A DNA stretch of 31,257 nt from Orycteropus afer. Taxonomy: Eukaryota. The position numbers were made by a program, and so were the translations under genes. The stretch spans positions 1,101,242 through 1,132,498 of the forward strand of contig NW_006922148.1 in assembly GCF_000298275.1 (NCBI RefSeq), read 5' to 3'. This document shows positions 1-10,054 of the stretch, piece after piece (position 1 is the stretch's first letter; every line of letters starts with the position of its first letter). Under the pieces are notes generated by a model. The model was not told the DNA's origin and made no database searches. It worked only from the letters and a program-made list of their open reading frames with translations.

Positions 1-210
1 GAGGAGAGACCCATCATTGCATCTAGATGGCAGCTTGCTAGCTTTTAAGATGCCAGTCGCTACTCACCAAAGTAGGAGGTGGAACAATGTTTTGTATAGT
101 ATGTTATGCTAATTGAGCTTGCTCTCCCCTGTGGCTATGGTCCCAAGCCCGTAGGATCAACTACTCAGTTGCTCTGGGTAGCTGGCTGTGACCAAGCAGT
201 GACCACAACC
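1..210 (-). mobile_element. Copy c1 of a ~0.8 kb T-tailed composite retroposon family, cut by the window edge; only the 5' part (in element sense) is visible
   Basis: The sequence 'gaggagagacccatcattgcatctagatgg...ggaacaatgttttgtatagtatgttatgc...gtgaccacaacc' is co-linear with the right-hand ends of the copies at 10640-10829, 14960-15189 and 25760-25858. Confidence 0.6.
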
Positions 211-257
211 TTGCCCCTTTTCAGCTCTACTATACACCTGGGAATTCTGATCATTCA

Positions 258-505
258 GTTTTTTTTTAATTGTGGTGAAAATATACACGATAAAACATAC
301 CAATTCAGCAATTTCTACATGTATAATTCAGTGACATTGATTACATTCTTCAAGTTTTGGAAGCAATTCTGCTAATTCTTTACCAACATTTTTTTTTTTT
401 TTTGTACCACTATTAGCAGAAACCCAGTGCCCCTCCACAATAACATCCTTTTCCCCTTCCTCCCACCTCTGGTAACCACTAAGAATTTTTGGTTTCTATA
501 TATTT
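258..505 (-). mobile_element. L1 LINE 3'-terminal fragment (3'UTR, reverse complement). Together with 908-1400 it forms one 5'-truncated L1 split by two SINE insertions
   Basis: Begins with a T-run (the poly-A tail in reverse complement). 'tttttttttaattgtggtgaaaatatacacgataaaac...ccctctggtaaccactaagaatttttgg' is co-linear with the reverse complement of the mammalian L1 3' terminus ('ttttattgtggtaaaatatacataac...cccctggcaaccacc'). Continuity resumes at 908 ('tatatttacttcatatttgtccttttgtgac'). Confidence 0.75.
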
Positions 506-509
506 ACTT

Positions 510-697
510 GGGAGCTCTGGTAGCGTAGTGCCTAAGGCACCTGACTGCTAACCAAAAGGCTGGCGGTTCAAACCCAACAGCCACTCCTCAGAAAGAAGGT
601 TGGGCAATCTACTTCCATGGTGATACTGGCTCGGAAACCCTAGGAGGGGTCGCTATGAGTCGGTCTGACTTGATGGCACATAACAACAACAACAACA
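510..697 (+). mobile_element. AfroSINE, a tRNA-derived SINE, of the (AAC)n-tail type
   Basis: 'gggagctctggtagcgtagtgcctaaggc...gctaaccaaaaggctggcggttcaaacc...gggtcgctatgagtcggtctgacttgatggcacataacaacaacaacaaca'. A tRNA-like head with A-box and B-box-like regions, followed by the conserved 'gtcgctatgagt' core. Confidence 0.9.
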
Positions 698-710
698 TAT
701 ATTTTCCTAA

Positions 711-907
711 GGAGCTCTGGTGGTGTAGTGATAAGGCACTTGACTGCTAACTGGACAGTCTGCAGTTCAAACCTGTCAGCTGCTCTGTGGAAAGAAGATG
801 GGGTGATCTACTTCCATAAAGATTTACAGCCTTGGAAACCCAGATGGGGGTTGCTATGAGTTGGAAACAACTCAATGGCAGTGAATTTGGGTTTTTTTTT
901 TTTTTTA
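711..907 (+). mobile_element. AfroSINE of the T-rich-tail type
   Basis: 'ggagctctggtggtgtagtgataaggcacttgactgctaac...gttgctatgagttggaaacaactcaatggcagtgaatttgggtttttttttt'. Same family as the 7891, 9058, 19438 and 20893 copies. Confidence 0.85.
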
Positions 908-1400
908 TTTTGTGTGTGTATATTTACTTCATATTTGTCCTTTTGTGACTGACTGATTTCACTCAGCATGATGTTCTAAGGTTCATCCTTGTTGTGGCCT
1001 GCATCAGCACATCATTTTTCTTTATGGCTGAGTAACATTACATTGTGTATATGCCACATTTTGTTTATTCATTCATCTTTTGCTAAACTTTTCAGTTGTT
1101 TCGAACTTTTTGCTGTTGTGAAAAGTATAGCAGTGAACACTGATGTACAGGTTTCTGTTTATGTTCTTGCTTTTGCTTCTGCTGATATATGCCTAGGATT
1201 AGAATTGCTAGATCATATGCTCATTCTCTGTTCAACTTTTTGAGGAACTTCCAAACTGTTTTTCACAGTGGCCATACAGTTTTAACTTCCCACTGTCAAT
1301 GGATGAGGATTCTGGTTTCTCCACAACCTCACCAGCCCCTATGGTTTTATGATTTTTTGATCATTGCCATTCTAATGGAGGCGAGGTAGTATCACATTGG
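908..1400 (-). mobile_element. L1 fragment (ORF2 C-terminal coding region and proximal 3'UTR, reverse complement); upstream part of the 258-505 element
   Basis: 'tttgtccttttgtgactgactgatttcactcagcatgatgttctaaggttcatcc...tattgtgaatagtgctg...' is the classic mammalian L1 3' region read in reverse complement. Confidence 0.8.
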
Positions 1401-1620
1401 TTTTGTTTTACTTTTATTGTGTTGGAGATACACACACCAACACATTCACCAACATAACAACTGCCATATTTATATCTTGGGGACATTGATGACATTTTTT
1501 ATGTTGTGCCACCATTATTGCAGTCCTTTTCCAAAATATTCCACCATGGTTTGCATAAACTCAGTGCCTTGCAAACAAAAACTTCTTCTTTCCCCCTCCT
1601 TCCTACCCTGGTAACCACTA
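1400..1620 (-). mobile_element. Separate short L1 3'-terminal fragment
   Basis: Ends with 'ccctccttcctaccctggtaaccactaataatttttg', the same 3'UTR motif as at 470-500 and 1700-1745. Confidence 0.5.
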
Positions 1621-1624
1621 ATAA

Positions 1625-1690
1625 TTTTTGATATATGTATGTATGTGTGTGTGTGTATATATATATGTTTATTTATTAACTAACTAACTT
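1625..1690. repeat. Simple repeat block: (TG)n, (TA)n, (TTA)n, (CTAA)n
   Basis: 'tatgtatgtatgtgtgtgtgtgtatatatatatgtttatttattaactaactaactt'. Confidence 0.9.
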
Positions 1691-1790
1691 AGCAATTTCC
1701 CTTCCTTTTTCCTTCCCTCCCATCCCTGGTAACCAACAAAGAAAATTTCCCTCCATGTGTAAAACTTTCCATGAGTTTTTATAATAAAAA
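1690..1790 (-). mobile_element. Terminal ~100 bp of L1-a (3'UTR end), separated from the body by the SINE at 1795-1960
   Basis: 'cccatccctggtaaccaacaaagaaaatttccctccatgtgtaaaactttccatgagtttttataat' is paralogous to the 18190-18270 L1 end. The L1 sequence resumes at 1961 ('tatttgtccttatgtgattgac'). Confidence 0.7.
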
Positions 1791-1794
1791 ATTG

Positions 1795-1960
1795 CACTGC
1801 AACCACTGCTGTGGAGTTGGACTCACAGTGACCCCTCCTTGGGTTTCTGAGGTACTATCACTACAGAAGTAGATTGCCCAGCCTTCCTTCTGAGAAGTGG
1901 CTGGTGGGTTTGAACCACCAGCCTTCTGATTAGCAGTCAAATGCTTTAGGCACTACACCA
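1795..1960 (-). mobile_element. AfroSINE in minus orientation, inserted into the L1-a 3'UTR
   Basis: It is the reverse complement of the SINE: 'tcacagtgacccctccttgggtttctgaggtactatcactacagaagtagattgcccagccttcc...ggtgggtttgaaccaccagccttctgattagcagtcaaatgctttaggcactacaccacc'. Confidence 0.9.
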
Positions 1961-4784
1961 CCAATATTTGTCCTTATGTGATTGACTTGTTTCACTCAGC
2001 ATCATGTTCTCCAAGTTCATCCATGTTATTTGGTGGTTAATAGATTCCGCATTATTCTTTAGTGTTGCATAGTATTCCATTTTGTGTATGTACCATAGTT
2101 TGGTTATCCATTCTTTTATTGATGGGCACTTAGGCTGTTTACTTCTCTTTGCTATTGTGAATAGTGCTGTGATGACCATGGGTGTGCATATATCTATTTT
2201 TGTCCTGGTTTTTACTTCTTTAGAGCATATACCTAGTACTGGGATTGCTGGATCAAATGGTATATCTAATTCCAACTTTTTAAGGAATTGCCACACTGAT
2301 TTCCACAATGGTTGTATCATTTCACAGTCCCAGCAGCAGTGTATGAGAGTTCCAGTCTCTCCACATCCTTGCCAATGTGTTATTTTCTGCCTTAAATTTT
2401 GCTATTAGCGCTGTGGTAATATGGTATCTCTTTGTTTAGATTTGCCTCTCTCTAATGGCTATCGATCATGAACATTGCTTCATGTGTTTATTGGCTACCT
2501 GAATATCTTCTTTGGTAAAGTGTCTGTTCATGTCTTCCATCCATTTTTTAATTGATTGTTTATATTTTTGATTGAAGTGTTGGAGTTTTCTATAAATTCT
2601 AGAGATAAGGCCCTTGTAAGATATGTCATTTCCAAATATTTTTTCTGAATCTGTAGGTTTTTTTTTTTTTTTTTACTCTTTTGGAGAAGTCTTTTGGTGC
2701 AAGCAGAAACTCAATTTTTCGAAGGTCCCAGTCATCTAGTTTATCTTCTGCTGTTTAGGCATTTTGGGTTATGCTTGATAGTCTATTTATGTCATAAATC
2801 ACGGCCCTTAAGTTTGGCCTTATTTTTTCTTTGATGAACTTTATAGTTCTAGGTTTCACATTTAAGTCTTTGATCCATCTGGAGTTAATTTTTGTGTATG
2901 GTGTGAGGTATGATTCTTGTTTCATTTTTCTGCAAATGGATATCCAGTTTTGCCAGCAACATTTACTAAAGAGACTATCTCTTGTCCATTTAATGGATTT
3001 TGGCCCTTTATCAATGATCAGCTGACCATAGGTGGATGAATCTATTGGTGAGTTCTAATTCTGTTCCATTGGTTTGTGTGTCTATAGTTGTATCAATACC
3101 AGGCTGTTTTGACTACTGTGGCTGTATAGTAGGTTATGAGATCTGGGAGTATGAGATCTCCTACTTTGTTCTTCTTCTTCAGCAGTACTCTGCTTATGCA
3201 AGGTCTCTTTCCTTGGTTTTCTCACGTCCTTAAAGAATGTTGCTGGAATCTGGATAAGGATTGCATTGAATGTATGGGTTCCTTTGGGTAGAATTGACAT
3301 TTTCACAAGGTTCAATTTCCCTATCCATGAGCATAGTTTGTTCTTCAGTTTATATACATCTGTTACAGTTTCTTGAAGTAGTGTTTTATAGTTTTCCTTG
3401 TTAGGTCTTTTGTGTCATTGGTAAGATTTACTCCCAAATGTTTTATCCTTTTGGTAGCTATTGCAAATGGTTTTGATTTCCTTATTTCCTTTTCAGAGAC
3501 TTCTTTGCTGGTGTAGAGCAAGATCTTGTATAATGTCACTATACTAAATCTTTCAATTAGTTCCAGTAGTTTGCTTGCTGAGTCTCTTGGGTTTTCTATG
3601 TATAGAGGATCAAATCATCTGCAAATAAAGTTTTACTTCTTTCTTACCAATCTAGGTGCCTTTAATTTCTGTTTCTTGCCTTATTGCCCTGGCTAGGACT
3701 TCAAGTACAGTGTTGAATAGAAGTGGTAATAGAAGGTATCCTTGTCTGGTTCGTGGTTGTAAGGGAAATAGTTTCAGTTTCTCTCCATTGAGAATAATGT
3801 TAGCTGTTGGTTTTGTATATATGCTCTTTATTATGATGAGGAATTTCCCTTCTATTCTTATTTTTTTGCAAGTTTTTATCAGCAGTGGGTGTAAGATTTT
3901 ATCAAATGCCTTTTCTGTATCTATTGATATGATCGTGTATATCTTTTCCTTTATTTTACTATGTGGTGGATTACAGTGATTGTTTTTCTGATGTTAAACC
4001 ATCCTTGCATACCTGGTATGAATTCCACTTGACTCTGATTTATTATTTTTTGATATGTTGTGGAAGTCTGTTGGCTAGGATTTTATTGAAGATTTTTGTA
4101 TCTATATTCATAAGGGATATTGGTCTATTGTTTTCCTTTTCAGTGGTGTCTTTACCTGCTTTTGGTATCAGGATTATGCTTGCATCGTAAAATGAATTTG
4201 GGAGGATTTCATCCTTTTCTATGCTCTGGAATAGTTTTAGAAGGATCAGTGTCAGCTTTTCCCTGAATGTTTGGAAGAATTCTCTGGTGAAACCGTCTGG
4301 GCCAGGCCTTTTTTTGTTGGTAATATTTTTATTACCTGTTTAATTCCTTCATATGTTATGGGTCTCTTAAAAATTTTCTACCTCAGTCTGTGTTAGTTTA
4401 GGTAAGTTGTATGTTTCTAGAAATCTCTGTATCCTCTTGATGGTATCTCACATGAATCTTAGGCTTTCTTCATTTTGTTTCAATCTTTTTTCTGATTGAT
4501 ACCTTAACAAAGTAGTATTGAGGTATTTGTCTTCAATCTCACTAATTCTGTCTTCCATTGATTTGATTCTGCTCCTTTACCTATTCCATGGGTTATGTAT
4601 TTCTGAAATCTTAGTATTAATCTGTGGGATTTCTATTTGTTGATTTTGTATCATTTCTAATTTTTCAATTATTTTGTCAGTTTGTTCTTGTATTGTTTCC
4701 TTAATTGCTCTAGAGCTTTTTTCTGTTTTCCTTAATTTTGTCAGTGTTTTCCTTGATCTGTCTCCCAATTTATTGAAGGTACCT

Positions 4785-4850
4785 AAATCTAAATCTAAAT
4801 ATAATCTAAATCTAAATCTAAATACAAATACAAATATGAATATAACTCTT
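4785..4850. repeat. (CTAAAT)n-like microsatellite inside L1-a, between the ORF1 start and the 5'UTR
   Basis: 'cctaaatctaaatctaaatataatctaaatctaaatctaaatacaaatacaaatatgaata'. Confidence 0.9.
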
Positions 4851-5379
4851 TTGAATTCCTTATCAGGCGGTTCCTATGCTGCTTCTTCCTTGGAGAAGTT
4901 TCCTGTTCCTGTCTCTATCCTGTTCCATTATTTGTACTACTTAATCTTGCTTCTTTCTGTGGACTGGAATGGTCACTTGTCTCTGAGACATTGTGATGTT
5001 ATTGTATGTGTATTTAATTGTTGTTTGTATGTTGGTGTGATTTGCCCAAGATTTTGTTTTTTCTTTATTTTGTTTTGATATATCTGAATGAGCAGGGTAC
5101 TGTGCTCCTCTGTTCACTACTTGGCAGCATTTAGGCTCTCACCACCTGTCTCCTGGGGGGTTTGATAGAGAATGAGAGTGTGTGCACAGATCTCTGTTAG
5201 CTGTTCGTGAAGAGCAGTTGAGGGTGAGTATGGGTGGTACTGACCACCAGCTGCCATTGGTAATTTGTTTCAGAAACAAGTGGTGGCCTTCCATCAGTGA
5301 ATGGGGCTGCACTAGGTGTGGGTATGGTCGGGTTGTGTGGATACAGTTGCTGTCTCCCACTCCATTTTACAAATAGAAA

Positions 5380-5800
5380 ATTTAAAAAACCACCAAAAAA
5401 ATTAAAATAAGAGAACAAAAACACAAACCACATAAAGAACCAGTAACAGTCCAAGAAAAAAACAAAAGGTTATAATTGATAAGAAAAATTGTAAAAATAC
5501 ATAAAAAAGTGAGATGAAAGATATAGAGGAAAAAACCCTTACAATATCTGGGTAGGGAGTAATGAGGGAAAAGAGCAAAAGTTAATGAATATTAATGAGA
5601 AAACTGTAGAGTGAAAAACAAGGGATAGGAAGAACCAAGAGAAAAGAAAGAAAAAAGAAGGGAACCAGCGAAAGGGAAGAGAGAGGGATAAAACAAAAAC
5701 AGAAACAAAAAAACATCAAAGGGAAAGAGAAAAATAAATAAAAAGAAAGGATGGAAGAAGAATAAAAGAATAATTTGAGAACATGCAAGAAGAAAACTGG
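5380..5800. repeat. Homopurine (A/G-rich) low-complexity tract, about 420 bp, in the L1-a 5'UTR; paralogous to 12660-13080
   Basis: On the plus strand the tract is almost exclusively A and G with occasional C ('aaaaccaccaaaaaaattaaaataagagaacaaaaacacaaacc...gggaagagagagggataaaacaaaaacag'). On the L1 sense strand it is C/T-rich. Confidence 0.85.
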
Positions 5801-6473
5801 GGCAGCGGAGCAGGGCACCCAGTTCTGTAAAGACACACAGACTGGGTTGGAATTGCTGCTGGTTCTGAATGTGGGTGGAGCCAGGAGATGGTCACATCTC
5901 AGTTCACCACGAGGGTGTAGGGTATAAGAGTAATGGAAATAACATACTTTTGAGTCTTTAGCCCCTAGTACAGTTGCAAATGCTGTGCTTGGCAAGTGCA
6001 TCCTATTCTTATGTTGCTGCCCTGATCAGAACACCCTTGCAGATACTAACAGTTGCCATGCCGCTTGCAAGTATCAAAATGGCTGTGCCCTCAGGACAGC
6101 TGGCAGTCCACAACTTTGTCTCCTCCTTTGCTGTTTTCCTTTCTAGTTGTTAGCTACCAGTGCAATTGTCCATGTAGTCTTTGGCCAGCAGAGTTTGTTC
6201 TCAGGTTGCTTCCTGTATGGGAACACTACTTGTAAATATTCAAATTGGCTATGCTGTCAAAACAACCTCCATTCTGCAGCTCTGTTTGTTTTCATTCAGG
6301 TTTACTGACTAGTTAGTATTTAATCTACTTCTGTATTCTTCCCTTCAAAGCTCATTTCCATGATTATCTTCTGTGTCTGTTGCAGTTGGTTTCTCATTTC
6401 TTTGTTGCAGAGGGTCTGTGTAGCTTGTCTGCCTATTCTGCCATCTTGCTGGAAGTCTCCTCTGGTTGTGATT

Positions 6474-6760
6474 TTAAGTTGCATCTCTTTTTTGGTTAAT
6501 GGCTAATGACATTATCTTTCTATATGCTTGTTGGTAATTTTTGAATATCCTCTTTGGTGAAATGTTTACCAAAGTTTTGTGCCCATATTTTGATTGGGTT
6601 GTTTGCCTTTTTGTTCTTAGGTTGTAGTGTTTTTCCAGCTTCTTGGAAAAGTTTAACTGGTTGTAGACCAAAAGGAGCAAGGGTCAAGGTTTTAGCCTGG
6701 CTAAGGAATTGTTTGTTAAAAGATGTTTGATCCAAGAAGAATGCCTTTGTCAGCATGTCC
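6474..6760 (-). mobile_element. Isolated L1 ORF2 C-terminal fragment
   Basis: Minus ORFs translate to '[25 protein letters not shown]' followed by 'RKIMSLAINQKRDAT'. This matches the L1 ORF2 stretch NNPIKKWAKD-NRHFSKEDI...SSLAIREMQIKTT with one frameshift. Confidence 0.7.
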
Positions 6761-7890
6761 CAAGAGATGAGAAAATAGAAATGATAATGTTAAGAAGAAT
6801 TGTAATTTAACAACCTCCTTATAACTTTTTGTCATGTACCCCCTTGTGCTTGTGAGTACATAGTCCTTTGGTTACTCCACCTGATAAAAGCTGCATTCCC
6901 TTCTTGCACTTGGGAACACTGTAGTACCCTACCTGGGTCTATTGTGCCTCCAGATTTGTGATTCTCTAGACTTTCAGTAAAACTCTTTGCTTTAATTTTT
7001 AATGAAGTGTAAGACTGGAGATTTGCTGTGACAACATATTAGATCCTTGTCAGATATATGGTTCCCCAAAAGACCCATGGGGGGAAGCTGTGCCAACAGA
7101 TCTGACATGGCTTCTTGCATTGTTGCTTCTCAGATTGTTGCTTCATTTCATGGTAGCAAGGTTACATGAGGTTCCCATGTAGAAGGGGCTCCCTTGATTG
7201 CCATCTCTGCCATGACCTGTGTAAGGGGCATACTCATTGGGTGAATATCCTGATCACCATAAAGCCATTCCATCCTGGCTTGAATAAGCAGCATATTAGC
7301 TGCTGCTTCTGGAGTGTTCCAGGTGGTATTTAGAGGGTGAGAGGTACAGTTTCCCTTGTCAGGGTAAACAAACCTGACTGCAGATTTTATCCATTTCACC
7401 AGGCTGTCTGTCCCCTCCAGGTTAATCTGCTATGTAAATGGAACTTGGCTCATCATTTGTGCCTGTTCCCTAGTGAGTTGTGGGTCTTGCATCAACCCAG
7501 ACGTACTTTTCCATTCTGTAGAATTAAAAACTAAAGACACTATCTTTAAAGTCACTCACACAATCCATTTTAATAAAGATTCCTCAGGAAGCTGACAATA
7601 CCCATCTATAAACTGAAACAATACAATTTTTTCTTTCTGGGTAGGTCCTGAGACTACTAGTGGTCGTAACTCGGATTGGACCGGATTTGGCCTTGGTTCA
7701 GTGCTGCAAGGTGCTCCTACTTTATTTTCCCTGCCATTGCTGCTGTTAATAATAATAGGAACCAAGGAATTGTAAATCTCATTCTTTGCTTGTCACTCTG
7801 TATTTCCATATGCATGAAACTAGCCAATTCCTCAGGAGTTAGATCCACCACTCCTAAATCCCATGGATAGCTGTTGTCTTGGGTTACTGA

Positions 7891-8080
7891 GGGAGCTCTG
7901 GTGGCATAGTGCCTAAAGCTTTTGACTGCTAACCAGAAAAAAGTCTGGTTAAAACCCACCAGCAACTCCTCGGAAGGAAGGTTGGGCAATCTACTTCCAT
8001 AGTGATACTGCCTCAGAAACCCAAGGAGGGGTCACTATGAGTTGGATCCAATCGACAGCAGTGAGTTTGTTTTTTTGGGG
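7891..8080 (+). mobile_element. AfroSINE (T-rich-tail type) flanked by a 10 bp target-site duplication
   Basis: 'gggagctctggtggcatagtgcctaaagcttttgactgctaaccag...gggtcactatgagttggatccaatcgacagcagtgagtttgtttttttgggg'. The TSD 'gggttactga' lies at 7881-7890 and again immediately after the T-run at about 8080-8090. Confidence 0.9.
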
Positions 8081-8099
8081 GGTTACTGAATGCAATACA

Positions 8100-8800
8100 A
8101 CAGCTACTTCAAGCCATGGGTGTTTTTCTTCCCATCCAGAAACCAAAAGTTTCTTATTCTCCTGTTTATCCCCTTTTCCCAAAACCACATATTTCAGTGA
8201 ATCTGGGCTGTTGCAGCAAACCCTACTGTTCTGACACCAACTGCTTGAATAATTTCTTTTGGAAGGGTCAGCCCAAGACTGGTCCCTATGAGGCAGAAGT
8301 TAAAGATGTCATGAAAGTCCTACTTTTCCAAACTGCTGTACCACTCCATTATCTCTCGTATTGACTCCTGCTTCTCCCCTCAGTATTCCTTGCTGTCTTA
8401 GGGTTCCTTATTTCGATCTAACATCTCACGGAACTCAAAAGCTGCCAAGGAAATGGCTCATGTGGTGGTGGAGGCTAGGAGGCTGGCAGGTCCCAAAACC
8501 ATGGATAGGCCTGGATGAATCTCCTCACTCCTGTGGTTGCAGAGCCTGGTGAATCCAAATTGGCAGGTCAGATGACTGCTGTTTCAAGTCCAGGGGAGAG
8601 ATGATGGTGAACCAAATGTAGGATCTGGAGGAAGAGAGTGAACATATCCAGAGCATTCACATATATATCCTCAAGGAAGCTAATGGTGGTGACTTGAGTC
8701 ATACCCTCCAGCAAAGGGAGACTCAAGATACATCCCACCCTAACCAGGCATAGAGATTAGGATTTACAATATATCACAAAATGGAGGACTATGGCTTGAA
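8100..8800. mobile_element. Probable non-autonomous LTR (MaLR/MLT1-like) block; the family is uncertain
   Basis: The sequence style is typical of MaLR LTRs ('ggctaggaggctggcaggtcccaaaaccatggataggcctggatgaatctcctcactcctgtggttgcagagcctgg...catcccaccctaaccaggcatag'). It has no coding potential and lies between a SINE and L1-b. Confidence 0.3.
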
Positions 8801-9057
8801 GGGTCATATTATGCAATTCACTGCATTGCATGTGTCTTTGTTGAGTTTCTTTCTGGTTATTCAGTTCTTCATTGAAAATGGTATGTTAAACTCTCCTACT
8901 ATAATTGTGGAGTTGTCTATTTCTCTTTTCAATTCTATTAAAGTTTGATTTATGGATTTTAGTGCTCTTTTTTTGGGGGTTTAGATATTTACTGTGGGTA
9001 TGTATTCTTGTTCGATTGACCTTTTAATCATTATATGCTGGCCTTCCTTTTCTCTTA

Positions 9058-9240
9058 GCTCTGGTGGCGTACTGCTTAAGGCATTTGACTGCTAACCAGA
9101 AGGCTGGCGGTTCAAACCCACCAGCCACTCCGTGGAAGGAAGATGGGCAATCTGCTTCCATAAAGATTTACTGCCTGGGAAACTGGAAGGGGGTCGCTAT
9201 GAGTTGGAATTGACTCAATGGCACTGAGGTTTTTTTTTTT
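9058..9240 (+). mobile_element. AfroSINE (T-rich-tail type) inserted in the L1-b ORF2 endonuclease region, with a target-site duplication
   Basis: 'ctctggtggcgtactgcttaaggcatttgactgctaaccagaaggctggcggttcaaaccc...gggtcgctatgagttggaattgactcaatggcactgaggttttttttttt'. The TSD is 'ccttttctctta' (about 9045-9057 and 9243-9255). Confidence 0.9.
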
Positions 9241-10054
9241 CCCCTTTTCTCTTACAGTAGTTTTTGTCTTAAAATCTATTTTATCACTGACTCTTTTTTG
9301 ATTGCCATTTGCTTGATGTATTTTTTCCAACCTTTGATTTTTAGTCTGTTTTTTGTCTTTGTGTCTAAGGTGTGTCTCTTGTTGACAGTATATTGATGAG
9401 TTACATTTTTTAGGCCATTTTGCAATACTCTTGTCTCTTGATTGACACATTTAATCCATTTACATTAAGTGTAATTATTGACAAATATGAATTTATTGCT
9501 GTTATTTTGTTATGTGCTTTTTTGTGGTTCTGCTCATTTCTTTGTTCCGTATAGTTTTCTCTGCTGAACTCATTTTGTTTTTGAATTTTCTTATCATATC
9601 CTTCATTGTTATTGTTTTAGTATTTACTAAATACTTATAACACTCTTTTATTTTGATGACAAAGTTTATTAATTAATTTTATTTAAGTTACCCTGTCATT
9701 TATTATTTCCTTTCCAAGTTGTAAACAGTCCACTCTCTCTTAAATCGTTTTGAGTTCCTCTCCAGTTGGAAGTTCTGTGCCTAACTGTTTATTTCTGTTT
9801 TTGCTTTGTATTTGTCCTCATTTACAAATTGATGTCTTTTGTTCTCTGTTTTCAGTCTTGTAGGTTTATTTTACTTTGGATACTTTTATAGGTGAGTTGA
9901 GTTCTAGTTGGTGTTATTTTGTGTGTTAATCACAGAAATCACAGATAACTGTTTGCTATTGTTGGTTCTCTATCTTAAGGACTCCCTTAAATTTAAATTA
10001 ATTCTCTGTGTATCTAGAAATGTCTTAATTTTCCCATTATATTTTAGGGACAGT

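Larger units (their letters stand above)
1961..5900 (-). mobile_element. L1-a: L1 LINE carrying the ORF2 C-terminal ~2.4 kb. It is joined at about 4420 directly to the start of the ORF1 RNA-recognition domain, with the coiled coil and the proximal 5'UTR following, so it has an internal deletion or is chimeric. It is non-functional
   Basis: The minus ORF 1946-2320 translates to 'WWDCKLVQPLWKSVW...PFDPAIPVLGI...CTPMVITALFTIAK...KQPKCPS...WITKLWYIHKMEYYA', the L1 ORF2 C-terminus. Region 2400-4400 is co-linear with the L1 ORF2 reverse-transcriptase and downstream region ('gatgatgaggaatttcccttctattc...', 'gggatattggtctattgttttcc'). The minus ORF 4577-4768 is ORF1 coiled coil. Region 4860-5380 is paralogous to the L1-b 5'UTR at 12076-12660. 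Confidence 0.8.

Noticed and set aside
510-697. tRNA-like sequences (A-box/B-box-like 'tggtagcgtagtgcctaaggc' and 'ggttcaaaccc') that might be called tRNA genes
   Set aside because: They occur at least 14 times, each with a 3' extension ('gtcgctatgagt...') and a tail, often with TSDs. These are the tRNA-derived heads of AfroSINE retroposons, not tRNA genes.
4674-5078. 134 aa plus-strand ORF
   Set aside because: It is antisense to the L1-a ORF1 coiled coil and 5'UTR, and it spans the (CTAAAT)n microsatellite, so its stop-free status is a coincidence.
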